Counted from the stretch's first letter, positions 21,486 through 31,537 are shown. The stretch: 64,000 nt of DNA from an uncultured delta proteobacterium (GCA_963769935.1 CAVYNY010000020.1:128001-192000); one strand, 5' to 3'. The notes: generated by a model from the sequence alone, not told the origin. Translations and numbers: made by a program.

Positions 21486-21536
21486 TCACTTCAGATCTGC
21501 AAACTTTAATTCTATCTCATTTCAGCTGGAGATGAG

Positions 21537-22151
21537 CTACCGTTTTTCTCTGGCTTCAAAACACGGGATGCATAAAAGCTGCCCGCCGAAATGGCGGGTC
21601 CGCGTCTCCATGACAGTCTCGCCGCACGCTTCACACACCAGGGAAGCCAATATCCGGGCTTTTTGGGGGACATGGTCAAGCGGTGTTTTGACCTCAAAGA
21701 GTTCCGTCAGCTCGGATTTCATGATGTGTTTGGAGAGGGCGTGCCGGGTTGCGTGCCAGAGACTATCCTCTTCTGCGGTCAGCCCTTCCGCCAGCATTTT
21801 TTTGTGAAGTCGACCCAGGGTAGCGCCGGCATCCCCGTAAATATCCGGCCAGGCGACCAGGCGGGCGGCCTTGCCGTCCTGTCTGTGGTAAAAGCTGAAG
21901 GCGTTTTTCCCATAGTCTTTGTGAATCAGGTTGCCCTTGCCAAAGGTGCAGCCCGTCAGGTACTGAATGGCATCCACGCCGCACATGTCGGTTTCCACAA
22001 CAGCCACGATCTCCTCATCCGGCGCTTTGCCCATCTCCTTTAAGGCCCATTCGGCGGCCCGGATGCCTATGGCCAAGCCGGGACACCAGTGGCCATGGAA
22101 ACTGGTCGTTTGTTTAATCAGTTCTTCGGTTACTATTTTGTCACTCATCAT
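21537..22151 (-). CDS. FmdE family protein with C-terminal zinc finger
   Basis: FHGHWCPGLAIG, ETDMCGVDAIQ..TGCTFGKGNL, CEACGE...LCIPC; RBS AAGGAGG. Confidence 0.9.
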   Translation of the reverse strand: MMSDKIVTEELIKQTTSFHGHWCPGLAIGIRAAEWALKEMGKAPDEEIVAVVETDMCGVDAIQYLTGCTFGKGNLIHKDYGKNAFSFYHRQDGKAARLVAWPDIYGDAGATLGRLHKKMLAEGLTAEEDSLWHATRHALSKHIMKSELTELFEVKTPLDHVPQKARILASLVCEACGETVMETRTRHFGGQLLCIPCFEAREKR

Positions 22152-22229
22152 TTCCTCCTTTAATAGATATCGATGTCCATCTCTGCCGGGTGCCAAATAC
22201 CGGAGAGATTTCATTTCCAAGGTGGCCAA

Positions 22230-24176
22230 GTTAGCTTGTATTTGCGGTCGGAAGCACCTCACCAGGTGTTGACCACCATTCGGATTTACTTCCGGCGGTG
22301 TTTCGGAAAAACATGCGAAACGCCATACCTGCATCGCGAAGAAAACGGGCACCCGGCCTGAGGGGGGTCCTTCGCCTGCAAAAGAAGGCCGTTGGCTCTC
22401 CCTGAGGCGCTCCGAATCAGAAGCCTTGTATAGGGGTGAAGCGGTTGGCGCAGCACCTGCACAGACGGCCCGATCTCGACGATGGTACCGGCTACCATTA
22501 CGCCTATGCGGTCTCCTATCTTGCGGGCCAATCCGATGTCATGGGTCACGAAGAGCATGGTGAGCCCCTTCTCGATCTGTAGATCCAGAAGGAGCTTGAG
22601 GACCTTGGCCTGAACGCTCGGGTCCAGGGAACTGGTCGGCTCATCGGCCACCAGCAAGGAGGGCTCCAATACCAGCGCACGGGCGATGCAGAGCCGCTGA
22701 ACGGCCCCCATGTTGAGCTCATGGGGATATCGTTTAAGAAACGCCGGTTCCGTGGAAAGCCGCACATCAGCCAGGACACTTTTAACGCGATCCTGAATTT
22801 CTTCCTTTCCCCGGATCGATCCCTGAATTCTTAGAGGCTCCGCCACGATATCGAAAACGGATAGGCGGTGGCTGACCGCTTCCGCGGGGTTTTGATAGAT
22901 CACCCCGATCCTTCTTGCCAGGGTTCGATAGCTGCGGTTCCTCCATTCGTCCATATCGCTGCCGTCGAAGACCCGGCTCCCCTGGTCAGGATCGAGCACC
23001 CCGGCCGCGATCATGGCCAGCGTGGTCTTACCTGACCCGGTTTCACCAACCAGGCAAAACACTTCTCCCGCTCGCAGGTTCAGATTTGTATGGCACAGGG
23101 CCGTAACCTTATTATAGCGCTTGCGCACTCCCTTCAATTCGATTCGACTTGCAATACCGCCGCGCAGGCAGCGAACACGGTGATCTTTTACGCTCAGCAT
23201 GGTCAAGTCCTTGCCTAAACAATCTTCAACGGCTTGTGTGCACCGGGGCTGGAAAAGGCATCCACAGGCGATGCATGGCTGTCTTCATGAATAGATCCGG
23301 CGCCGATTATGTGGCTGTGAGATTCAGCCCTATCGTTTTCTTGGGAATGTCTGTGGCTGACCCGGTAAAAGGCATCCCCGCGGATACCGCCGAGATCGCG
23401 CAGCGTATCCATGCCCGGATAGGACCGGCCCAGGGCCAGGGTGTAAGGATGGCACGGGTTCAGGAGAAGGTCTCGCCGCCGGCATGGTCTCCATGATCTG
23501 ACCCAGGTAAAGCACCGCCAGGTCGTCAGCCAGCTTATCGGCCAAATCGAGGTCATGGGTTACCAGCAGAACGGAGGCGCCCTTTTTTGACACATCCTGG
23601 ATTACATGGGCCACGAATGACTTGGTCATGGCGTCCAGGGCCGAGGTCGGCTCGTCGAGAATCAGTACTGCCGGGTCCATGATCAGGGCCATGGCCAGGA
23701 GCGCCCGCTGGATCTCGCCGCCGCTCAATTCATGGGGGAAACGACGTCCCTGTTCCGGCTGCAGTCCCATCCGCGCAAGAACGTTCATCGGCCCGATCAT
23801 TCGCCGCTTGCTTCTCACTTCGTCCGTGGTGAATCAAAGGTTCAGCCACCTGGTCGATAATACGGTGGGCAGGATTGAGGTTGGCCGCCCCGTTCTGAAA
23901 GACCATGGCCACTCGCGACCATCGGATCTCGTTGAAGCCCGCTTCGTCCAGGCCGATGAGTTCGGTTTCATTGAGCTTCACGCTGCCCGAGATTTCCGCA
24001 TTGTCCGGTAAAAGTCCCATGAGCGTCTTGGCCAGGGTGGTCTTGCCCGATCCGGATTCACCCACCAAAGCCGTAATCCGTCCGGGCTCCAAGGTGAGAG
24101 CGACCTGGTCCAGAGCCTGCAAGGCATAATCCCCGTCCCGGTAGATCACGGATAATTCTTCAATGCTTAGTTTCAA
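22230..24176 (-). CDS. Peptide/nickel-type ABC ATPase with two NBDs; several frameshifts; 3' end approximate
   Basis: [29 protein letters not shown]; second domain GETGSGKT, ADEPTSSLD; C-terminal GCPF..RC. Confidence 0.8.
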
Positions 24177-25012
24177 AGCGCCTCCTTCAGCCTCGGATCG
24201 AACACCTTTTCCAGGCCGATGGCCAGGAAGGTGACGGTCATGATCAACAGGGTCAGAAGAAAAACCGGCGGCAGGAGCCAGTTCCACCAGATATCCAGGT
24301 AATAGTATTTAAGGGCATAGCTGATCATGATCCCCAGGGATTTGCGGCTCGGGTCGAACAATCCCAGAAAGGCCAGCGAGGCCTCCATGAAAATGGCCAT
24401 CCGGGCCTTGGTGGCAAAGCCGATGATATAAAGCGGAAATAATTCCGGCAGCAGGTGTTTGACGACAATATACGAACCTGATCCTCCCATCTGTTTGGCC
24501 GCGTGTATGTGAAGACGGGTCTTTACCTCCAGAGCCTGGGCTCGGATTCCCTTGGCGGTGGTAGGCCACAGCATGATCGATAGAATCAAGGCCAGCGTCA
24601 TGGGTGCAGGCCGGAACACGGCTGCGGTCATAATCAGGATCATCACGGCGGGGACGGCCAACAGGATATCGGCCAAGCGCATGAAGACCTGGTCCGCCAG
24701 ACCTCCGAACCAGGCAGCTGCCAGCCCGACGGCTACGCCGAGGATAAGGGCCGCAAAGCCGGCCAGAAGGCCGAACTCCATGGTATTGCGCATCCCGACG
24801 AGGAGTTCGGAGAAGATGTCCATGCCGCCGTCATTGACGCCAAGCCAATGCTCGGCGGAAGGCGCGCTCAGCGGCCGGAAGGACATGTCATGGGCATCAT
24901 AAGGCGTCAAAGGCGGCCCCAGTAAGACTAAAAGGATTAAAACCGAGGCGAGAACCATGCCGATTATAAACCAGGGATCTTGGCCTAATTTATGGCGAAT
25001 GTTAATATGCAT
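24173..25012 (-). CDS. Peptide/nickel ABC permease (OppC/NikC-like)
   Basis: PSAEHWLGVNDGGMDIFS, EASLAFLGL. Confidence 0.88.
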   Translation of the reverse strand: MHINIRHKLGQDPWFIIGMVLASVLILLVLLGPPLTPYDAHDMSFRPLSAPSAEHWLGVNDGGMDIFSELLVGMRNTMEFGLLAGFAALILGVAVGLAAAWFGGLADQVFMRLADILLAVPAVMILIMTAAVFRPAPMTLALILSIMLWPTTAKGIRAQALEVKTRLHIHAAKQMGGSGSYIVVKHLLPELFPLYIIGFATKARMAIFMEASLAFLGLFDPSRKSLGIMISYALKYYYLDIWWNWLLPPVFLLTLLIMTVTFLAIGLEKVFDPRLKEAL

Positions 25013-25967
25013 AATCCACCCGTGGATCAATCCACCCGTAGACATACTCAAGGGCCAGGTTGATAAAAAGCACCAGGAGGGATGAAAAGAGGACGATCCC
25101 CTGGATCAACGGAAGATCACGCACTGCAATGGCGTTGAACAGCAGTGTGCCCAGTCCGGGGTAGGAGTAAATGTTTTCCACGACCAGTGCCCCGGTGACC
25201 ATGAAGGCGATGCGCAGCCCGAAACGGGTGATCATGGGCAGGAGGGCGTTGCGGGCAGCGTGTGCGTATCGCACCCGGACAGGTGGCAGGCCTTTTGCCC
25301 GGGCGGTTTGCACGAACTGCGCCCTAAGCACCATGACCATGCTTGCCCGTGTGAGCAGGAAATTGCCCGGAAAATAGGCCAGGACAAGGGTGGAAAGGGG
25401 CAAGACGAGATGACGTGTTACGTCCCGGACCTGCCCCAAGGGGGAGTACATGGCATAGGCGGTCTCAGCGCCGGACGGGGGGAACCATCCCAGGTAAAGG
25501 GCAAAGACCAGCAGCAGCGCCACGCCGGTGCCAATTTCAGGCATCCCCTCCAGCACGGTCATGCATCCGACGCCGGCTTTCTCCAAATAACCACCTCGAC
25601 GCCAGGCCGCCTCCACCCCGGCCATAAATCCGAAGAACATGGAAATCACGTGCGCGCTGCCCAGCAGCAACAGGGTCCATGGGAGGGCTCCCAGGATCAG
25701 ATCCGAGACCGGGGTCAAAAAAGCATAGGAATACCCCCAGTTCAGGGTCAGCAGGTTCACCAGAAACCGGCTGAAACCCTCTCCGTGACTATAGTAAGCC
25801 CTGATCTGTTCCTCCTGATCCGCGCTCAGGGTTACGTGCGAGCTTGCATACATGGCCGTTACGAAATCTCCCGGCAGCAGCCGCGGCAGAATGTAGCTGG
25901 CATAGATCATGACCAGGCCGGCCAGCAGGTAGGCCGGTACAAGTCTTATGTGATGACCTTTTCTCAT
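25002..25967 (-). CDS. Peptide/nickel ABC permease (OppB/NikB-like)
   Basis: PRLLPGD, TARAKGL, HAARNALLP, YPGLG, DPRV. Confidence 0.9.
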   Translation of the reverse strand: MRKGHHIRLVPAYLLAGLVMIYASYILPRLLPGDFVTAMYASSHVTLSADQEEQIRAYYSHGEGFSRFLVNLLTLNWGYSYAFLTPVSDLILGALPWTLLLLGSAHVISMFFGFMAGVEAAWRRGGYLEKAGVGCMTVLEGMPEIGTGVALLLVFALYLGWFPPSGAETAYAMYSPLGQVRDVTRHLVLPLSTLVLAYFPGNFLLTRASMVMVLRAQFVQTARAKGLPPVRVRYAHAARNALLPMITRFGLRIAFMVTGALVVENIYSYPGLGTLLFNAIAVRDLPLIQGIVLFSSLLVLFINLALEYVYGWIDPRVDYAY

Positions 25968-25968
25968 A

Positions 25969-27558
25969 TCACTTGATAAGGGACATCTTGTTCTGGGGGA
26001 TTGGGATGCCCTTGCTGATGCCTCCCTTCGTGTAATACCAGCGTATGCCTTTGCCGGGATTATAGGCGGCCATGGAATCCGGATAATAGAGCGAAATTGC
26101 CGGCAAATCCTCCGCGTAGATTTCCTGAATCTTGAAAACGATCGCCTTGCGCTTCTCCGGGTCCATTTCGCGCATCTGATCTTCCATCAATCTGTTGAGC
26201 TCCGGGTCGGCATCGTAGCGGGCGCTGTTGACCGAGCCGGCTCCGTATTGCGAGGAGATCATTTCGTTCAACATCCTGGGATCGCCGCACAGGCCGCCGT
26301 GTCCGGATACGGCCAGGTCGAATTGCCACTTTTTTACCCTGCTGTCTGTTGTTGCCTGTTCCAGGTTCACCAGGTCCACCTGGATGCCGATCGCCGCCAG
26401 TTGTTTCTTAATAACCTCCCCGTCCCGGTCGGCCACTCTCTCACCGGCTGCCGTGATATTTGAAGACAGCAACTCAATTTTAAGCGGACGGCCGTCCCGA
26501 ACAAAATAACCATCCGGCCCCTGGCGGTATCCTACGGACTCGATGAGTCGGCAGGCCTTCGCCGGGTCATACGGATACGTCGGTGTCTTGGGATTGTACA
26601 TCGCGTGATCAATGCTGAGCAGGCCGTAAGAAGCCGGAGCGGCAAATCCGCGGTGGGATTTGGCGATGATCTCTTGCCGGTTAATGGCATAGGCCAGGGC
26701 CGTGCGCAGGCGTTGGTCGTTGAAAGGGGGCTGGCGGTGGTTGATCATCAGCTTTTTGTTCCAGCCCCGCTCATCCTGGATGATGGCCATGCCCTGCCGC
26801 TTGAGAGGTTCGGCCATATCGGGTTTTATATTGGCCAGGTCGACTTCTCCGGTTGCCAGGGAAACCAGTGGCTTTCCAGAACGGACGTAGATGAGGCGAT
26901 CTGCCTTGGGCCGGCCCTGGTAATACTCCGTAAAGGCCTCGTACAGATAGGTTCCCTTGGCCTTGTCGAAGTCCCGGAAGACATAGGGCCCGCTGCCGAT
27001 GAATGCTTTCGGGCCGTTGTATTTTTCGGGATTTTCCACGGCCTTCCAAATGTGTTTGGGAAGGATGGGCATGGTCCCGCCGATATCTGACAGAAAGGGG
27101 GAGTAAGGCCGGGAGAGGTAAATGCTGACCGTCCATCGATCTTCAGCTTCGGCACGGTCGAGGTCCTTTACGGTTATCCAGGCATAGGGATGCCTTTTAA
27201 AATATTTGATGGTGAAGACCACGTCATCGGGCGTAAGGGGCTCACCGTCGTGCCACGTGGCTTTGGGGTTCAGCTTGAATGTAAAAGCCATCTTTGCCGG
27301 ATCATAAGACCATGACTCGGCCAAGGCAGGGATATAACCGTTCTGATCCTTCCAGATCAGGGTATCAAAAACCCAGCTCATTCGAATATAGCCCGGGCCG
27401 CGCGGGTAGTGGCGGTGGGGATTGGGGTAGCCCCAGTCGCCCCGACTGTCGGCGATGCGGATTTCCCGTGTTTGAGAAGCTGCGGCAGCTCCAATACCGC
27501 AAAAAAATAGCCCGGCAATAAAAAATGCGCACCCGAGTTTGGCCACTGATTGCTTCAT
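25969..27558 (-). CDS. ABC substrate-binding protein family 5 (NikA/OppA-like)
   Basis: Signal peptide; PALAESW, WHDGEPLTPDDVVFT, GSGPY. Confidence 0.9.
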   Translation of the reverse strand: MKQSVAKLGCAFFIAGLFFCGIGAAAASQTREIRIADSRGDWGYPNPHRHYPRGPGYIRMSWVFDTLIWKDQNGYIPALAESWSYDPAKMAFTFKLNPKATWHDGEPLTPDDVVFTIKYFKRHPYAWITVKDLDRAEAEDRWTVSIYLSRPYSPFLSDIGGTMPILPKHIWKAVENPEKYNGPKAFIGSGPYVFRDFDKAKGTYLYEAFTEYYQGRPKADRLIYVRSGKPLVSLATGEVDLANIKPDMAEPLKRQGMAIIQDERGWNKKLMINHRQPPFNDQRLRTALAYAINRQEIIAKSHRGFAAPASYGLLSIDHAMYNPKTPTYPYDPAKACRLIESVGYRQGPDGYFVRDGRPLKIELLSSNITAAGERVADRDGEVIKKQLAAIGIQVDLVNLEQATTDSRVKKWQFDLAVSGHGGLCGDPRMLNEMISSQYGAGSVNSARYDADPELNRLMEDQMREMDPEKRKAIVFKIQEIYAEDLPAISLYYPDSMAAYNPGKGIRWYYTKGGISKGIPIPQNKMSLIK

Positions 27559-27575
27559 TACGCCCTGCCTTTGCA

Positions 27576-27713
27576 AAACAAAAAAGCCACGGAAGTGCTC
27601 CCCTTCATGGGGGGATTGCCTTCGTGGCTCCTGTTTGTTGAAAATTTTCAGTATTACAGGGCTGCGTACCCTGAGTATCTATCTCTTTAAATCCAAACGC
27701 TTTGCTATGTCAA
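27576..27713 (-). promoter_or_regulatory. Promoter and leader with GCCACG...CGTGGC terminator-like motif upstream of the ABC/FmdE operon
   Basis: TTGACA on the minus strand at 27713-27708; GAGCCACGAAGGCAATCCCCCCATGAAGGGGAGCACTTCCGTGGCTTTTTGTTTT. Confidence 0.55.
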
Positions 27714-27792
27714 GAAAAACTTAGTCTAATTGATTCAGCTCCAGGCTCGGTTTCAATACATCGAGACGCCCTGAGGCAACTATGCGGCCATT

Positions 27793-28010
27793 TTATAGAA
27801 GAACCAGATGGTGGGCCAGGCGTTCGATTTCCTCCTGCAAATGGCTGACATAAATGATTGGTGTCGAAAAATCACGACATGGCCGGCTGATGAAAGGCAG
27901 TAGCTCGGATTTCCTGCCGCCGCCGATAGAAGCCAGGGGTTCGTCCATTAAAAGCAGGGAGGGACTGCACAAAAGCGTTCGGCCGATAGCGACACGCTGT
28001 TTTTCTCCGC
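27793..28010 (-). pseudogene. modC: Remnant of a molybdate ABC ATPase (modC-like internal fragment)
   Basis: [27 protein letters not shown]...PIIYVSH; no Walker A or N-terminus. Confidence 0.75.
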
Positions 28011-28031
28011 GGTTACAATTACGAGGTAAGG

Positions 28032-28295
28032 ACCCACGACCAGGGAGCACAGATGGTCGCCTGCCATGCCGCGGATGCGGCCTTGGGGCTGCGCACAATA
28101 GCAAGCGCATTCGGACTGGCTTTTGTGCCCATGACCGAAGTGCGCTGCGATCTTGTGATACCGGCGGATCTGGTTGAGCACCCCGCCATCCAGCGCATTC
28201 TGGACGTCATGCAAACCCATGACCTGCGCGATGAAATCAGCCATCTGCCGGGTTACAGCCCGAAAGAAACCGGCAAAACCATATCAGTGTTTTAG
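28032..28295 (+). pseudogene. C-terminal remnant of a PBP-like (molybdate/tungstate-binding-type) domain protein
   Basis: ADAALGL...AFGLAFVP...RCDLVIP...LPGYS..ETG; N-terminus missing. Confidence 0.65.
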
Positions 28296-28348
28296 CGAGA
28301 AATGCATCGTTGGGCCGAGCCTGATCCCCAATAGTCCTGCTAAAGGCG

Positions 28349-28558
28349 TCATTCCTTGACAGGCAGCACGTGAATGGCCTTGATGATCAGTTCGATTTCA
28401 TCCCCCGGTTTAATATCCAGATGTTCGACGGATTCCGTTGTCAGAACGGATGCCATCTCATGGGGATCGGTAACGGAAAATTTAACCATAGACATGACAT
28501 CCCCTTTTTTGAGGCTGCTGACCTTGGCACGGATGCGATTGCGGGCGCCGTATTTCAT
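28349..28558 (-). CDS. Mop/TOBE molybdate-binding protein (molbindin)
   Basis: MKYGARN..., SVLTTESVEHLDIKPGD...IIKA; 69 aa; RBS AAGGAGG. Confidence 0.88.
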   Translation of the reverse strand: MKYGARNRIRAKVSSLKKGDVMSMVKFSVTDPHEMASVLTTESVEHLDIKPGDEIELIIKAIHVLPVKE

Positions 28559-28725
28559 GATTTCCTCCTTAAACGTATTTCATCTTTGGGGGTTAATTTT
28601 AACATTGTTTATAAAGACATTGCTCTTCCAGCCATTACTCCAATACTCCTAAATCAATTCGAATTAAAAATTTCCCAGCGAGATGCCTTCTTTTTGATTT
28701 GGGATCCGAACTTCAGCCGATGTTT

Positions 28726-29325
28726 TTAGATATTGACGACCTTGTCGGCCAGCTGCATGGCGGTGACGATATCCAGCATATTGGTGGTCTCCCCGACCTG
28801 CTTTCGCTCCAACAGATTGAAGTGGTTCAGGCAGGTGCCGCAGACCATGATCTTAAGGCCGTCCTTTTCATACTGGCGGAGATCTTCCAGAACCTCCGAG
28901 CCGTCGATGGTCAGTTTCACGCCGTTGTTCACAAACACCAGCCTCCACAGCTCATTTCCCATCTCCTTGAGCGTACGCAGAAAATTGACCATCAACGCCA
29001 GGCCCAACGCGTCGTCGCCGAAGCCGATGCGGTCGGTGGCGCACATGACCATGATTTTCTTCAGTTCGTCGGATGGCTGTTCAACGGGTGGCTGAATTTG
29101 CTGCCCGGAGGCAGTATCGCAGGTTCCGATGACCAGGTAGTCGGCACCATTTTGCTCAAGCTTCGTTTGAAACCCCTGGGACTCCAGGAAGCGCTGGACA
29201 TTCTGCTGGGATGCGGCGTTGTCGACAACAATTCTCACGCCGGCGGGTTTTTCCTCCTGCAGCGCAGCCTTGGTTTGCAGCACCGGCGCCGGACACGCCA
29301 ATCCACGGGCATCGATTTCCTTCAT
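28726..29325 (-). CDS. yedF: Selenium-metabolism sulfurtransferase-like protein YedF (SirA/TusA plus DsrE domains)
   Basis: IDARGLACPAPV, FVNNGVKL, VCGTCLNHF, VGETTNM; directly downstream of selD. Confidence 0.9.
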   Translation of the reverse strand: MKEIDARGLACPAPVLQTKAALQEEKPAGVRIVVDNAASQQNVQRFLESQGFQTKLEQNGADYLVIGTCDTASGQQIQPPVEQPSDELKKIMVMCATDRIGFGDDALGLALMVNFLRTLKEMGNELWRLVFVNNGVKLTIDGSEVLEDLRQYEKDGLKIMVCGTCLNHFNLLERKQVGETTNMLDIVTAMQLADKVVNI

Positions 29326-29373
29326 TTTTAATCCTCCTGTTTCAGATATCGTTGATTGGTTGAATGGCTATCG

Positions 29374-29515
29374 CCGGTTAGCCAGTGTGCCCGTTTGCCA
29401 GTTAGCCGGTATGCTGGTCCGTTAAATTTGGCCAACAGGTAAACAGGTCAACGGGCTAACGGGTCAACCGGCCAACCGCGCTAGCGGACCGGCACAAGGG
29501 CAAACGGACTAGCCC
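29374..29515. repeat. Inverted array of degenerate 8-mers
   Basis: ccggttag/cccgtttg units followed by aacaggtc/aacgggct/aaccggcc units. Confidence 0.75.
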
Positions 29516-29516
29516 T

Positions 29517-30566
29517 TCATACCACGTATATTTTCTCTCTCGCGTCGCTTAGTATCTCCCCAATTTGCGCGGCATCTTCGATGCCTGCATTTTTCAGGTC
29601 CACAACGAGCGCTTCTGCCTGCCGCGCGCTTACACTGATCAGCAGGCCGCCCGAGGTCTGGGGATCGACCAGCACATCCTGCCGGGAGCGACCGACGGAA
29701 TCTGCGATGGTGATCATCGACTCCCGGAATTCTCTGTTTTTGTATGCTCCGGCGGGAATCAGCCCCATGGCAGCGAATTCCAGGGCTTCTGCAATCACCG
29801 GCACCTGATCCGCATAGATTTTTGCGCTCGTGCCCGAACCCAATACCATTTCGGCCAGATGGCCGAGCAGGCCGAAGCCGGTCACGTCGGTACAGGCGCC
29901 GACATCAAAATTCAACATGACGTCGGCGGCATCCCGGTTAAGAGCGGCCATCAATCGGGTTGCTTTGTCCGTGAGTTCCGCTGAAGCCATGGCCGCCTTG
30001 ATAGCGGTGTTGACAATTCCGCTGCCGAGCGGTTTCGTCAAAACCAGCCGGTCGCCCGGCCGCAGGTTCTTCTTGGTGAGCACCTTGGCCGGGTGCACGA
30101 TTCCGGTAACCGACAGACCGTATTTCAATTCCTGGTCTTCGATGCTGTGGCCGCCGATCAGAACCACTTCGGCCTCCGTTAGCTTGTCGAGCCCGCCCTG
30201 AATGATTTGCCGCAGAACCGACAGTTCCATATCCTTGACCGGAAAGGCTACCAGGTTCATGGCGGTCTTCGGCGTTCCGCCCATAGCGTAGACGTCGCTC
30301 AGGGCGTTGGCGGCGGCAATCTGTCCGAACCAGTATGGGTCGTCTACGATCGGTGTGAAGAAATCCACGGTCTGGATCAGCGCCAGCTCATCCGAAATCC
30401 TATACACACCGGCGTCGTCGGCGCGCTCCAAACCGACGATCACATTTTCATCGGTCGGAAACACCAGGCCGCACAGCGCCCGGTCCAGGTCCCCTGGAGC
30501 CAGTTTGGACGCTCAGCCGGATCCGGCGACCGTCTCGGTCAACCGTATTATCTTAATGTCGCTCAT
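29517..30566 (-). CDS. selD: Selenide, water dikinase SelD; selenoprotein with Sec18 (UGA at 30515-30513)
   Basis: MSDIKIIRLTETVAGSG-UGA-ASKL in frame with TVDFFTP, ANALSDVYAMGG, TDVTGFGLLGH, DPQTSGGLL; hairpin TCCAGG-GGA-CCTGGA with its loop 20 nt after UGA. Confidence 0.96.
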
Positions 30567-30619
30567 GGCTTTTTTCCTCTATTTCGTCAAATGTGCAATT
30601 TGGAGACTTGGCCTCCAAT

Positions 30620-30731
30620 CGGTTTCCAGTTTGCCCGTTAGCCCGTGTGCCCGTGTGCCGGTTGATCTGCCGGCCGGTTTTGGTAAACGAACATACGGGC
30701 TAACCGGCAAACGGGCCAACCGGCTAACTGT
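30620..30731. repeat. Inverted array of degenerate 8-mers (same family as 29374-29515)
   Basis: cccgttag cccgtgtg cccgtgtg ... acgggcta accggcaa acgggcca accggcta. Confidence 0.75.
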
Positions 30732-30935
30732 CTAACCGTCAAACGGACAGGACAGTTCTCCGGCATGGTATACGTGCTTCCGGCCGCAGAACGGGCAGGG
30801 TTGGTTGAGGGCTACCTTCGCATCCAGCGATTTGTTACCGGCCGCGTCGGTTATGACACCTCTGTTTTCCAGGATATTGAAATCCGGGCTTTCGAACACC
30901 TTGTTTTGAGTAGGACAGACAAAAATGAATTTCAT
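30732..30935 (-). CDS. Small Cys-rich hypothetical protein
   Basis: 67 aa with CP, CPFCG..H and SCPF motifs; co-oriented with the operon. Confidence 0.7.
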   Translation of the reverse strand: MKFIFVCPTQNKVFESPDFNILENRGVITDAAGNKSLDAKVALNQPCPFCGRKHVYHAGELSCPFDG

Positions 30936-30979
30936 ATGATTAATCCACCCGGAAACATGACACATCCAGAGTCGAAGCG

Positions 30980-31483
30980 CTACTGCTTGCCAGTTCCTTC
31001 AACCAGGCCGGAAAAAACGCACCGCAGAACCTTGTCGCTTATTTCCAGCAGCCGATCCTCTTGAAGATCTTCGACGATATCAGTTGAAGCGCCGTATGAG
31101 CGACTCGCGGGTGTCTGCGCTTTGGGAGAGATTTTAAGTAATTTACCCTTTCCGACAGGGACCTCTTTCAGGCGGCTGTTGTTTTCCAGCCAACGCTGGC
31201 ATTCATCGTGAGTGCCTAAAAAGGGGATATAGACCTTTCCCCCGCGCTGCAGGGTGATCAGCCGGTAGCCGCAGCCCAGATCGTATTTGCGGCAGTTCTT
31301 GATGCGATTCTCGCCGTACTTGGTATAGCTGCCGATCGCATCCATGTGGTGCCGGACAGCCCCCGAGGTCAGACTTTCGATAATGAGGATCGTTTTTTGC
31401 GCCAGGGCGACTCCCGCTTTGCCGGCTTTCTTAAGCGCTTCGATGCGGTTTTCGACCTTGACGCTGATATATAAATATTTCAT
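30980..31483 (-). CDS. Hypothetical protein (RelE-like segment KYDLGCGYRLI...FLGTHDE)
   Basis: 167-aa ORF inside the operon; fold guess from motif only. Confidence 0.65.
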   Translation of the reverse strand: MKYLYISVKVENRIEALKKAGKAGVALAQKTILIIESLTSGAVRHHMDAIGSYTKYGENRIKNCRKYDLGCGYRLITLQRGGKVYIPFLGTHDECQRWLENNSRLKEVPVGKGKLLKISPKAQTPASRSYGASTDIVEDLQEDRLLEISDKVLRCVFSGLVEGTGKQ

Positions 31484-31537
31484 AGCGAGTAGACAGTCCG
31501 GCTAAACCAATTCTCATTTTTTAAGCTTGCGGTGCTT

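Noticed and set aside
21537..22352. Apparent in-frame fusion of the ABC ATPase C-terminus to FmdE
   Set aside because: FmdE has its own strong RBS and the ATPase has several indels nearby, so an artefact is likely
29374..30731. Repeat arrays as a CRISPR
   Set aside because: Units are 8 bp with no unique spacers, and there are no cas genes
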